The translations under genes and the position numbers were made by a program. From IMG/VR virus record IMGVR_UViG_3300008114_000011: a DNA stretch of 25,588 bases. The stretch is one strand, 5' to 3'. Shown here piece after piece: positions 7,614 through 15,954 of this stretch. How positions within the stretch are numbered: the stretch's first letter is position 1; each line of letters starts with the position of its first letter. The notes beneath the pieces were generated by a model, which was given only the letters and a program-made list of their open reading frames with translations, was not told the DNA's origin and did not search any database. Origin of the DNA: a virus. Taxonomy: Duplodnaviria > Heunggongvirae > Uroviricota > Caudoviricetes.

Positions 7614-8128
7614 GTAAAGAATTGATTCAATTAGAATTATCAAAAGAAACACCAGATTGGTTATTGGTTTCAAAATTAGCAAAAGAAATTCATAACAGTG
7701 AGTCTGAAACTAATACACTTGGTTTCAGAAAAGGAGTTATTAATTTAATAAAGGTTTCCGAATGTAATGAGGAAAGAGTTAAACAAGAACTTATAACATA
7801 TTTCAATACTGAAGAGTATAACTATGTTATTTCAAACCATATAAACAACTATAAAAAATGGGCCAAGTCAGTTGATTTGGATAGTAAATATCATATAGTT
7901 ATAACTTCTAAACCAAATCTAATTGTTACAACAATGACACTTGGTATTGAAATTAATAATTATAATGTGACTGTTTTTCGTGGTCGAGGATATTGGAAAA
8001 GAAATACAGATGGTACAAAAAAACCTATGTCTTTCAAGATAAAAGGAGACACTATTGATATTAAGTTTAATCAAGGTCAACTTAGATCAGATTTAAGAGA
8101 TTTAGCATTAAAATCATTATTAGCATAA
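7610..8128 (+). CDS. Hypothetical protein with tag (DLRDLALKSLLA)
   Basis: ORF track; ATGA overlap. Confidence 0.8.
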   Translation: MSKELIQLELSKETPDWLLVSKLAKEIHNSESETNTLGFRKGVINLIKVSECNEERVKQELITYFNTEEYNYVISNHINNYKKWAKSVDLDSKYHIVITSKPNLIVTTMTLGIEINNYNVTVFRGRGYWKRNTDGTKKPMSFKIKGDTIDIKFNQGQLRSDLRDLALKSLLA

Positions 8129-8129
8129 A

Positions 8130-8669
8130 ATGAAAAGAAAAATATATTTATTAATAAATGTTGTAGTTTTCATTGTAACAATTTATCTGGCTAACTTAAT
8201 GGCTAGAGAAACTTCAACACCAATTGGTGCTACTATTGGATTTACATTACTACTTCTTTTAGTAGAAGTAGCAATTAGTTTAATATCTACTATTATAGGA
8301 GCTATTTCAAATTTAATCGACTTAAATAAAATTAGTAGTCCATTTGATTTAATCACACCACCATTTGGATTAATTACGCTCAGATTTAAAAAAATATACT
8401 ATTCAGATCTTGGTTACTTTTGGTGTTATAAAAAAGGTAATTACATAACTATCTATGAACAAAAATTATTTGCGTTGATAAAAATCAGTAAAGTTGATTA
8501 TTATGGTGATATAGAATCTCTAAGAAATAGAATTAAACGTGAAATAGAATCTATATATGAGGATAAACTAAGAGATAAAAATATTAGTGATAAGTTTAAA
8601 AATTGGGATGGGTATATAGATAAAAAATCAGAGCGAGATGATAAGTTGGAAAAATTAGGAATAAAATAA
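8130..8669 (+). CDS. Membrane protein with tag (SERDDKLEKLGIK)
   Basis: Two N-terminal hydrophobic helices; tag at the C-terminus. Confidence 0.8.
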   Translation: MKRKIYLLINVVVFIVTIYLANLMARETSTPIGATIGFTLLLLLVEVAISLISTIIGAISNLIDLNKISSPFDLITPPFGLITLRFKKIYYSDLGYFWCYKKGNYITIYEQKLFALIKISKVDYYGDIESLRNRIKREIESIYEDKLRDKNISDKFKNWDGYIDKKSERDDKLEKLGIK

Positions 8670-8691
8670 TAATTTTATTAACTTTATAGTT

Positions 8692-8883
8692 ATGAATAAA
8701 AGAGAAATACTTAAATATGGTCTAAGTGTCTTTAACAATGAAAAAGATAAGTTTAGACGTTGGCTTAATTCACCAATAATTGCTTTGAATGGAAGAAAAC
8801 CAGTTGAGTTATTCGGATCTCAAGCAGAACTAAATGAGGTTAAGCAAATATTAGATAAAATTGAATATGGAATATACGTTTAG
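8692..8883 (+). CDS. Antitoxin Xre/MbcA/ParS toxin-binding domain protein (DUF2384-like)
   Basis: VFNNEKDKFRRWLNSPIIALNGRKPVELFGS..VKQILDKIEYGIYV matches VFG..WL..P..ALGG..P..LL..V..L.RIE.G; preceded by TAACTTTA at 8679-8686. Confidence 0.8.
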   Translation: MNKREILKYGLSVFNNEKDKFRRWLNSPIIALNGRKPVELFGSQAELNEVKQILDKIEYGIYV

Positions 8884-9244
8884 TGGAAATTTATTTACAT
8901 CACCAGATGATCTAATCGAAGTTAGATTATTTGAAGATTTACCATTTAGTTCACAATATTCAGTTTACACTACTTGGGTAGCGGAAGATATTATATCAGT
9001 TTTAAAAGATGAAGGACTATTAAAACTTGATGGTTTATTTAAGATACATTATGTTAAAATGGAAAAACAACATCTATATGATCTTAATGGAGGTGGTGAT
9101 GTTTTAAAAACTAAACTTGTTACAACCTACAATGTTAGTATAACATATTCACTAGAAGGTACTGGTATAGCTGGTTCTAATCACCAAATAGATGATATGG
9201 AAATGAAAATAAGAGATAAAAAACTAATTAGATTAGGAATATAA
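8867..9244 (+). CDS. Hypothetical protein with tag (KIRDKKLIRLGI)
   Basis: ORF track; ATG 8867 preferred over TTG 8861. Confidence 0.75.
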   Translation: MEYTFSGNLFTSPDDLIEVRLFEDLPFSSQYSVYTTWVAEDIISVLKDEGLLKLDGLFKIHYVKMEKQHLYDLNGGGDVLKTKLVTTYNVSITYSLEGTGIAGSNHQIDDMEMKIRDKKLIRLGI

Positions 9245-9468
9245 TGGAAGAAACTGGACATAAAGATAAGGATGGTAACTGGGTACCAGAGACACCACAA
9301 GCAAAAATTAGAAATAGATTAACTCCATTTTGGACTTTAACAAGTATTCTATCCGAAGATGAATATAAAGATAATCCAGAGATAATGGAAATGGTTACGA
9401 GGTTGGCTAAACAATGTGAGGAATTGAAGCCAATTATTTTAGATTTATTATTACAAACTGAAAAATAA
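9244..9468 (+). CDS. Hypothetical protein with HisKA-like helical hairpin lacking the phospho-His
   Basis: AKIRNRLTPF..IILDLL resembles the HisKA pattern HE[IL]RNPLT..LI.DLL. Confidence 0.7.
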   Translation: MEETGHKDKDGNWVPETPQAKIRNRLTPFWTLTSILSEDEYKDNPEIMEMVTRLAKQCEELKPIILDLLLQTEK

Positions 9469-10076
9469 TGTATGAATTTATGATTGGCACTCTTATAGTA
9501 CTTTCTATGGCATCTGGTGTATTATTTGGAATGGATTGGCTTTTTTGTGATCTTAATAACACTAAATCTCTTTTTAATAAATTATTTAAAAAAGAGAAAA
9601 AAGAAGAGGAGACAAAAGTAGAAAAGAAATCTTATGGTGTAGCAGAAAGGTTCAACGAATTAGATGAATATAAAAACCTACTTATTCAAGTTCTTGATGA
9701 TATATCATTTAGTGGTTATGAGGTTGGTTATAATTACCAAAAGTGGTATATTGAAGAAGGAATTAGTGGTAGTATTATTATAAAGAGAAAATTATCCAAT
9801 TACCGAGATATATATTTTTTAATTAGTTGGGAAATAAAAGATGATCAATTTAAGGTTAGTAACATTCACTTTGGTGATAATAACATTAGATGGAAAGATA
9901 ATAAAGATCTTCATAAATACATGGATATTATTCACTCTATGTATGTTTCTTTACAACAACAAAAAGATAAAACTGTCATTGAGAAATTTAATAAATTTAA
10001 AGATGATGTTGATAGAATCGTATCAAAAGCATCTAAAAGAGATAGTAGAATAAATGATTTATTAGGTGATAATTAA
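9468..10076 (+). CDS. Membrane-anchored protein with tag (SKRDSRINDLLGDN)
   Basis: N-terminal TM helix; tag variant. Confidence 0.8.
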   Translation: MYEFMIGTLIVLSMASGVLFGMDWLFCDLNNTKSLFNKLFKKEKKEEETKVEKKSYGVAERFNELDEYKNLLIQVLDDISFSGYEVGYNYQKWYIEEGISGSIIIKRKLSNYRDIYFLISWEIKDDQFKVSNIHFGDNNIRWKDNKDLHKYMDIIHSMYVSLQQQKDKTVIEKFNKFKDDVDRIVSKASKRDSRINDLLGDN

Positions 10077-10092
10077 AATAAATAATAATATT

Positions 10093-10102
10093 TAATATAT
10101 AA
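10093..10102 (+). promoter_or_regulatory. TAATATATAA motif
   Basis: Ends 4 nt before ATG 10106. Confidence 0.55.
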
Positions 10103-10105
10103 AGT

Positions 10106-11008
10106 ATGAGATATATTAAATATTATGAAGAGTTTAGACCATCAGATGGAGTTCTACCAGTTAGAGAAATAACAATTGAGGAATTTAAATCACTTTTAAT
10201 TGAGAATTGTAGAGATTTCTTGACTATATTAAAAAGTTTAGATTATGATATTAATAGCGATCAATTACTTTTCAGAAAAACTAATGATATAGGAAATATA
10301 GTTTATTCAAAACCAGTTTCCGCATCTCATGAAAGAATAGCACCTCATTCACCAGTAGGTAATTATCATAATCTTATTTTATCAAATATAGATTCTTGGA
10401 AAGAATATCCAAGAAGAAATAAATCAATTTGTACTTCAAGACTTTCAAGAGTAAAAATGTCACATGGTAAAGTTATTTACTTAGTAATACCTTATGATAC
10501 AACAAAAATAGGAGTTTGTCCAAGTATGGATATGTGGTATGCCTTTAAAAGATTAACAATTTTTAAAGTGGCTTCTGGAAATCCAAAATTTGATTATGAT
10601 TCACCTGGATTACTTGTTAATTGGTTCAGAGGTATAATTGATGTAGTTGAAGCTAAAGCTGGTCATAAAATAAGTGATACAAATTGGGAAGAGTTAAAAC
10701 CATATTTAGATCAAAAGTATGATGAGTTTAGTAAAAAAAAATATGGAAAAGAAAGAGTATCAATAGATGGATCTGAACCAAAGACAATCTATTTCCCTGA
10801 TTATAATAAAAACTTAACTTTGTTGGAAAACTTAAATAAAGTTTTAGATCCAACTCTAAATGATTTTAGTATTAAATATCTAAAAGATTTACCCGAAATT
10901 TTCTCAAAGGAGAGTAATGAATGTTGGTTTGAAGATGATTGTCTTATGATAAAACATGACTTATTAAAAGATAAGACAAAAGAAGAGTTAATAGAATTAT
11001 TTGGATAA
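10106..11008 (+). CDS. Leader-bearing protein (MRYIKYYEEF), possible ADP-ribosyltransferase-like fold
   Basis: ORF track. LFR57, SICTS (107-111) and ESNECW near the C-terminus follow R-S-E order. Fold call is tentative. Confidence 0.75.
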   Translation: MRYIKYYEEFRPSDGVLPVREITIEEFKSLLIENCRDFLTILKSLDYDINSDQLLFRKTNDIGNIVYSKPVSASHERIAPHSPVGNYHNLILSNIDSWKEYPRRNKSICTSRLSRVKMSHGKVIYLVIPYDTTKIGVCPSMDMWYAFKRLTIFKVASGNPKFDYDSPGLLVNWFRGIIDVVEAKAGHKISDTNWEELKPYLDQKYDEFSKKKYGKERVSIDGSEPKTIYFPDYNKNLTLLENLNKVLDPTLNDFSIKYLKDLPEIFSKESNECWFEDDCLMIKHDLLKDKTKEELIELFG

Positions 11009-11022
11009 ATAATTTTTTTGTT

Positions 11023-11030
11023 TATCTTTG
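11023..11030 (+). promoter_or_regulatory. -7 box TATCTTTG
   Basis: Matches TAnnTTTG; heads a run of tagged genes. Confidence 0.65.
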
Positions 11031-11053
11031 TGAGATAATAATCTTTTTATTTA

Positions 11054-11521
11054 ATGAGTAAATTACTTTGTACTAAATCAATGGCAGCTCACTGGGGTGT
11101 TATATTCGAATATGGTAAATATTATGACTATACAATCTATGAGAAAGAAGTTACCTTTGTAACCAACTTTAAAGTTTGGAATAATTCACTCAGTGAAATA
11201 GTTCAAAATGGATTTGAAATAATGAAGTTGAAAAATAAAGATATTGACTCTACTTGGTTGGTTAGTAAGAATAAAGTTTTAGAGAAAATAAAAAAAGAAT
11301 GTGAGAAGACTTTATCACTACCACATTTAATGATTAAATCAGATGATAGAGATACAGTTCACTACTTTTTAACATTATCTGATGATGAACTCTATCAATT
11401 GGGAGCTGATATGGGTAAAAATGAAAAACCATATTTCACACTCTCTGTTCATAGAGTAGATGATTACTTTGATTATAAATCAGAAAGAAGAGACAATAAA
11501 CTAAATGAACTATTAAAATGA
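11054..11521 (+). CDS. Hypothetical protein with tag (RRDNKLNELLK)
   Basis: ORF track; KLLCTKS..EYGKYY start resembles the small SH3-like family. Confidence 0.8.
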   Translation: MSKLLCTKSMAAHWGVIFEYGKYYDYTIYEKEVTFVTNFKVWNNSLSEIVQNGFEIMKLKNKDIDSTWLVSKNKVLEKIKKECEKTLSLPHLMIKSDDRDTVHYFLTLSDDELYQLGADMGKNEKPYFTLSVHRVDDYFDYKSERRDNKLNELLK

Positions 11522-11718
11522 AAATAGAAAGAGGAATGAAATTTAGATTTAAGTCTAAATATAGTGACGATTGGTATTATGGTTATGTTGATCATGTAAT
11601 AGTTCACATAGGCGAAGGAGCTTCTTTTTACGCAATGAACGGAGTGGCTTATAAGATAGCGGAAGTTGAATGGATAGCAGATATTAGAAACTCACAATTA
11701 GAAAAATTAGGAATATGA
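11518..11718 (+). CDS. Small beta protein with tag (DIRNSQLEKLGI)
   Basis: ORF track; ATGA overlap. Confidence 0.8.
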   Translation: MKIERGMKFRFKSKYSDDWYYGYVDHVIVHIGEGASFYAMNGVAYKIAEVEWIADIRNSQLEKLGI

Positions 11719-11939
11719 AATTGATATGTATAAATACTGATAATTTATCAGATATGGGGATTAGTTTAACCTTATATAAAGAATATGATATAGAACCAAA
11801 CTATCTTGATGATGACATCACATTTAGTAATTTCTATTTTTTAAGAGATGATAACAATAAATTTATTTCAATACATAAAGATAGATTTGGTGATAAATCA
11901 GAACTTAGAGAAAAGAAATTGTCTGATATTGGTTTATAA
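11715..11939 (+). CDS. Small SH3-like protein with tag (ELREKKLSDIGL)
   Basis: MKLICIN..LTLYKEYDI..F.SIHKDRF. Confidence 0.8.
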   Translation: MKLICINTDNLSDMGISLTLYKEYDIEPNYLDDDITFSNFYFLRDDNNKFISIHKDRFGDKSELREKKLSDIGL

Positions 11940-11943
11940 TTTT

Positions 11944-11951
11944 TATATTTG
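11944..11951 (+). promoter_or_regulatory. -7 box TATATTTG
   Basis: Matches TAnnTTTG; the downstream leader is identical to the one at 6916-6936. Confidence 0.7.
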
Positions 11952-11964
11952 TAAAAAATAAAAT

Positions 11965-12981
11965 ATGGGAAGTTGGTCAGTAAGTTGTGGAATAAGCAAC
12001 ATCGCAATAACGAGTGTTCATGAATGTGCTATCATACCTTTAAAAGAATCAACAAGTGAGTATGGCGGTTATGTACCTTGTACATTACCCATATTCGGTC
12101 GTTATAACGATTATGGTGGTATGGAAGATATCATCGAAGATGATAATACAAAACTAATAGAAAGTCACTTAGGTATCACCATTGCTGATTTTATTAAATT
12201 CTTAGTTGATGGTAAGTTTACTTATAACAGAAGAGAGGTAAATAAAATCATCACTAAATTAGATGAAAATGATAAGTATGATGAGGTAGAGAACTGGCGT
12301 TTCATGTGGGTCGATAAGAAAGTTTATGATGTTATGTCTAAGTGTCATGACCAATGGGAGATTGGTAAACATGATCTTGGTAGACCAGAAATGTTATCTC
12401 TATTAGGATTTGAACCGATTGAAGGAATTATTGAAAACTATGATCAAAAAAGATATAAATTCAAATACCAAAAAGATGGTGTTATTTTCTATTCAGATGG
12501 AAGCTCTCTATTATCTCATAATGGACAATTTGTTTATCGTGTAGCTGGAAATGATTCATATTGTTTAGAATCGTATATAGAAGTTTCGGAAGAATTTAAT
12601 TTCTTAAAAGAGAAAACTTCTAATGAACTATGGAGGTTACAATCACCTGAATTATACAAGAAAAATTTGGGTAGGTTATTTGATAATAAGGATAACTCAC
12701 TACATGATAGATTGAGTAAATTGTGGAGAAAACACGGTAAAGAATATGAAATTGAAGAGGTTAAGAAACCAATATCAGTTCAATACTTTGATAATATGGA
12801 AGTATTTGGAGATTCTATTGTTCACTTAATGAATGTTCGATATAATTTGATACCAATGTCTGGTCGATTTTATCCACACGTTTTATATTTAACACCTCAA
12901 TGTGGTGAGTTTGAACAACATCAAATTTTATTAGACGAATTTAGTAGAATAAACAAATCATATATCGAAGAATATGATTAA
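11965..12981 (+). CDS. Phage hypothetical protein (338 aa)
   Basis: ORF track; MGSWSVSCGISN..PIFGRYNDYG N-terminal pattern; no function assignable. Confidence 0.85.
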   Translation: MGSWSVSCGISNIAITSVHECAIIPLKESTSEYGGYVPCTLPIFGRYNDYGGMEDIIEDDNTKLIESHLGITIADFIKFLVDGKFTYNRREVNKIITKLDENDKYDEVENWRFMWVDKKVYDVMSKCHDQWEIGKHDLGRPEMLSLLGFEPIEGIIENYDQKRYKFKYQKDGVIFYSDGSSLLSHNGQFVYRVAGNDSYCLESYIEVSEEFNFLKEKTSNELWRLQSPELYKKNLGRLFDNKDNSLHDRLSKLWRKHGKEYEIEEVKKPISVQYFDNMEVFGDSIVHLMNVRYNLIPMSGRFYPHVLYLTPQCGEFEQHQILLDEFSRINKSYIEEYD

Positions 12982-12983
12982 CA

Positions 12984-13331
12984 ATGAAGTCTATATTAGA
13001 AAGTGAGTTATTTGAATATGATTTAGATTTAGATTCAAAGTTGTCTGAAATAGATGATGTTTATGACTTTATCAATTTCATAATTAAATGTGAAGAGTAT
13101 TACAACTTTGTAATATTTGATGATGAAGCTGAATTCATTGAAATTAATGATTTAACTTTTCTTCAAATAGAAGACTTCTTCATCTTTTTAAGAGATGGAT
13201 TCGCTACACCATTTATTCACAATTTAATACTTAATAATATAAATTATCTCAGAACAATAAGACTTGAATATGATAATTATATAGTAAAAAATAGAGATAT
13301 TAAATTAAATGACTTGTTAAATGAAAGTTAG
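12984..13331 (+). CDS. Acidic acyl-carrier-protein-like domain lacking the DSL serine, with tag (NRDIKLNDLLNES)
   Basis: LDLDSKLSEIDDVYDFINFIIKCEEYYNFVIFDDEAE resembles ACP (D..L.DLG.DSLD.VEL....EE.F...I.DE.AE). Confidence 0.7.
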   Translation: MKSILESELFEYDLDLDSKLSEIDDVYDFINFIIKCEEYYNFVIFDDEAEFIEINDLTFLQIEDFFIFLRDGFATPFIHNLILNNINYLRTIRLEYDNYIVKNRDIKLNDLLNES

Positions 13332-13719
13332 AATAAGATTAGAAGATAAAATAGATCGTAAATTACAGTTTGTTAAGATAATAAAAGAATACTTACCAAT
13401 TACTTTACGGGAGGCTAAAAATTTAACCGAGTCTTTAATGGAAAACTATGAGATTAGTTATGATTTTACAGAAGTTGATTTTCCTAATATTGAATCTATC
13501 GAAGAGTTGAAAAAGGATATGGAGTCTAATGATTTCAAAATTACAATTATTGATAGAGGAAGTATTAGAGAAGCAAGATTATTAGCTTTAACCGGTGATC
13601 GAAGAGATATTATTGATTTTATTAATTTAAATATAATAGACAATAGATTTACAAATCTTCTTTTAGAAAAAGTCACAACAGATGATATAAACGATGTAAT
13701 AAATAAATTTTTAAGATAA
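13321..13719 (+). CDS. Protein with N-terminal ribosomal bL12 (L7/L12) C-terminal-like domain and an internal tag-like segment
   Basis: KLQFVKIIKEYLPITLREAKNLTES resembles KI.VIK.VR....GLKEAK.LVES; IREARLLALTG follows. Confidence 0.7.
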   Translation: MKVRIRLEDKIDRKLQFVKIIKEYLPITLREAKNLTESLMENYEISYDFTEVDFPNIESIEELKKDMESNDFKITIIDRGSIREARLLALTGDRRDIIDFINLNIIDNRFTNLLLEKVTTDDINDVINKFLR

Positions 13720-14228
13720 TGGCACAAATTGAAGTTATAAAACCAGATAATAAAACAAAGTTCTCTACTGAGAATAGCATTAAGATATTCTTAGCAGGAT
13801 CTATTGAAATGGGTAAAGCTGTTGATTGGCAGACAGATATTACAAATAGAATAAATGAGTTTTCTTTTACACCAGGTAATATTACAATCTATAACCCCAG
13901 AAGAGACTCTTGGGATTCAAGTTGGGAACAAAGCGAAAAGAATCCTGAGTTTAGATACCAAGTAAACTGGGAGTTAAATAAACTCGAAGAGTCAGATATT
14001 ATTTTCTTAAACTTTGTTGAGGATACTATGTCTCCTATTTCACTTCTTGAACTTGGCCACTTCGCCTCAAGTGGTAAAATAATTGCTTGTGCTCCTAAAA
14101 AGTTTTATCGTAGAGGAAATGTTGAGATTGTTTGTTCGAGATTTTCAGTACCACTTTTTGATGATTATGAGTATGCTTTCGCGTCTTTAATATCAAGAAT
14201 AGAACTAATGATGAATAGTAATGGATGA
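13719..14228 (+). CDS. Nucleoside 2-deoxyribosyltransferase-like protein (PF15891-type)
   Basis: IFLAGSIEMG..DWQ..YNPRR..W..QV.WEL..LE.SD..SPISLLELG. Confidence 0.85.
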   Translation: MAQIEVIKPDNKTKFSTENSIKIFLAGSIEMGKAVDWQTDITNRINEFSFTPGNITIYNPRRDSWDSSWEQSEKNPEFRYQVNWELNKLEESDIIFLNFVEDTMSPISLLELGHFASSGKIIACAPKKFYRRGNVEIVCSRFSVPLFDDYEYAFASLISRIELMMNSNG

Positions 14229-14478
14229 ATTTCTAATATCTAAAGGTGTTCCTTTAATAAAGTATGGAGTTGAATTTGAGATGTTATTAGGTAATAAATA
14301 CCAAATAGTCGAGGAAGACTCTGTTCCAATTCCAAAAAGTTCGAGTAGAATATGGGTTAGAATAACTGATAGTAGATCTTTTGGATTTTACTTAGAAGAA
14401 GATCATGAATTATATTATGGTAAATACTTCTACACGAAAAGTGAATTAAGAGATATAAAACTCAATGAAATTTTATAA
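14221..14478 (+). CDS. Small beta protein with tag (ELRDIKLNEIL)
   Basis: ORF track; YFYTKSELRDIKLN is shared with the 2946 and 4672 genes. Confidence 0.8.
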   Translation: MDEFLISKGVPLIKYGVEFEMLLGNKYQIVEEDSVPIPKSSSRIWVRITDSRSFGFYLEEDHELYYGKYFYTKSELRDIKLNEIL

Positions 14479-14498
14479 ATTTTTATTATATTTACAAT

Positions 14499-14882
14499 AT
14501 GAATTGTGATAATCTAATAGATGATAGTGAGAGAATAAAAAATCTTATTGATGTTATCAAATATGCTGAAGAAAATGGTAACCCACTATTAAGTGATAGT
14601 TTGGTAATGTGGAAGAAACAATTAAAAGAACTCAAAAGTAAATCAGATATGAAATGGATTTCAATTGGTGATGAAATTGATCCACCATTTAATACAAAAC
14701 TACTTGTTTGTGTTGATCATAGAATGGGTAATTACTTTTTTGCTAGATTACTAAAGATTGAAATAAATAGTGATGGTAAAGAATATATCTGGGATATACA
14801 CACATCACAAGAGATAAAAGAATTAGTAAAAGATGGTTTAATGAAAGTTAAACATTGGTGTTTAGTAACAGATCCAAATTAA
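14499..14882 (+). CDS. Hypothetical protein with DUF551-like C-domain
   Basis: MKWISIGDEIDPP..KLLVC..VKHW; TATATTTA box at 14487-14494. Confidence 0.75.
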   Translation: MNCDNLIDDSERIKNLIDVIKYAEENGNPLLSDSLVMWKKQLKELKSKSDMKWISIGDEIDPPFNTKLLVCVDHRMGNYFFARLLKIEINSDGKEYIWDIHTSQEIKELVKDGLMKVKHWCLVTDPN

Positions 14883-14892
14883 AATAAATAAT

Positions 14893-15123
14893 ATGTTAGA
14901 AGAAATAAAACAATTAAATCTTAGTGAGGAAATACTAAAAAAGTATGATATCAAATCTATACAAGTTTTGAGTGAAGGTAACTCAGAACCCGCTATACAT
15001 ATCCTTTTTAATAATGGAGTCTTATTGAGTTCAAGTATCCACCGATATGAAATCAATAAATTAATATCTTCTATTAAGAGTGATAATCGCGATGTTAAAA
15101 TTAACCAAATTATAAACAAATGA
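14893..15123 (+). CDS. Hypothetical protein with tag (NRDVKINQIINK)
   Basis: ORF track. Confidence 0.75.
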   Translation: MLEEIKQLNLSEEILKKYDIKSIQVLSEGNSEPAIHILFNNGVLLSSSIHRYEINKLISSIKSDNRDVKINQIINK

Positions 15124-15272
15124 AACTATTTACAAAATTAAGAAGAGTGAATATCTATGGTGACATGACCATGGATTCAAACGGTGAAGGGTCAGCACCA
15201 TTAGTTGCTACTGTTATACAAGGTAAATTCTTAGGATTATTCTGGGTCTATTTAAAAACTATTGCCCACTAA
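15120..15272 (+). CDS. Hypothetical protein (50 aa, MKLFTKLRRVNIYG..GKFLGLFWVYLKTIAH)
   Basis: Manual translation; ATGA overlap. Confidence 0.65.
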   Translation: MKLFTKLRRVNIYGDMTMDSNGEGSAPLVATVIQGKFLGLFWVYLKTIAH

Positions 15273-15289
15273 GATAAAAGATTGATAAT

Positions 15290-15544
15290 ATGAAATGGGG
15301 TCTAAAATCCGTAAATGAACGAAGTGAACGTAAGCCAGTTGATGGTGAAGTTGTTATATCTATAACTAATAATTGTAGATTAACAAAAGGTAAAAAATAT
15401 ACCTTATCTTACAGCAGTCTTTTTTGGTCAGTTAAAAATGATTATGGTCATATGATATGTGATATGTCATTATTTGTTTACGAATCTGATTGGTTGGCAC
15501 TTCAAAGAGATCTTAAACTTAGAAAATTAGGTATAAACAAATAA
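15290..15544 (+). CDS. Small SH3-like protein with tag (QRDLKLRKLGINK)
   Basis: LTKGKKYTL..VKNDYG. Confidence 0.8.
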   Translation: MKWGLKSVNERSERKPVDGEVVISITNNCRLTKGKKYTLSYSSLFWSVKNDYGHMICDMSLFVYESDWLALQRDLKLRKLGINK

Positions 15545-15578
15545 TCTAATTTTTAGTATAAAAAATAAAAAAAATAAT

Positions 15579-15953
15579 ATGTTTAGAACTTTAAGATATT
15601 TAATAAAATTAACTTTAGTTATAGCGGTTTTTGTTGCTTTATATGAACTAGCAACCGATAAAAAAGATCCTAAAGACCAATGGTATAGAGATGATTGCTA
15701 TTCAATTGAGTATAGATTATATCCAACGGATAATGGGAAATGGGAAACTGAAATATTAAATGGATATAATAAAGACATAATTGTTTTTTATGAAGTTAAA
15801 GTTGATACTATATCAAAGTTAAATATAGTTGAAATAAAATCTGGTAAAACAACCGGTGTTAAATCACTTAAACTAAAAGAAGGAGAAGCTAAAATTGATA
15901 TAAGTTTTGTACTTAGATCCGATAATGGAAAAAGAGTACCATGTGGAATTTAA
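15579..15953 (+). CDS. N-terminally anchored or secreted beta-rich protein
   Basis: Basic N-terminus followed by the hydrophobic stretch LIKLTLVIAVFVALY. Confidence 0.75.
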   Translation: MFRTLRYLIKLTLVIAVFVALYELATDKKDPKDQWYRDDCYSIEYRLYPTDNGKWETEILNGYNKDIIVFYEVKVDTISKLNIVEIKSGKTTGVKSLKLKEGEAKIDISFVLRSDNGKRVPCGI

Positions 15954-15954
15954 T

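Noticed and set aside
9841-10053. Plus-strand 70-aa alternative-frame ORF
   Set aside because: Nested in the tagged 9468-10076 gene.
13458-13727. Minus-strand 89-aa ORF
   Set aside because: Shadow of 13321-13719.
14862-15119. Minus-strand 85-aa ORF
   Set aside because: Shadow of the tagged 14893-15123 gene.
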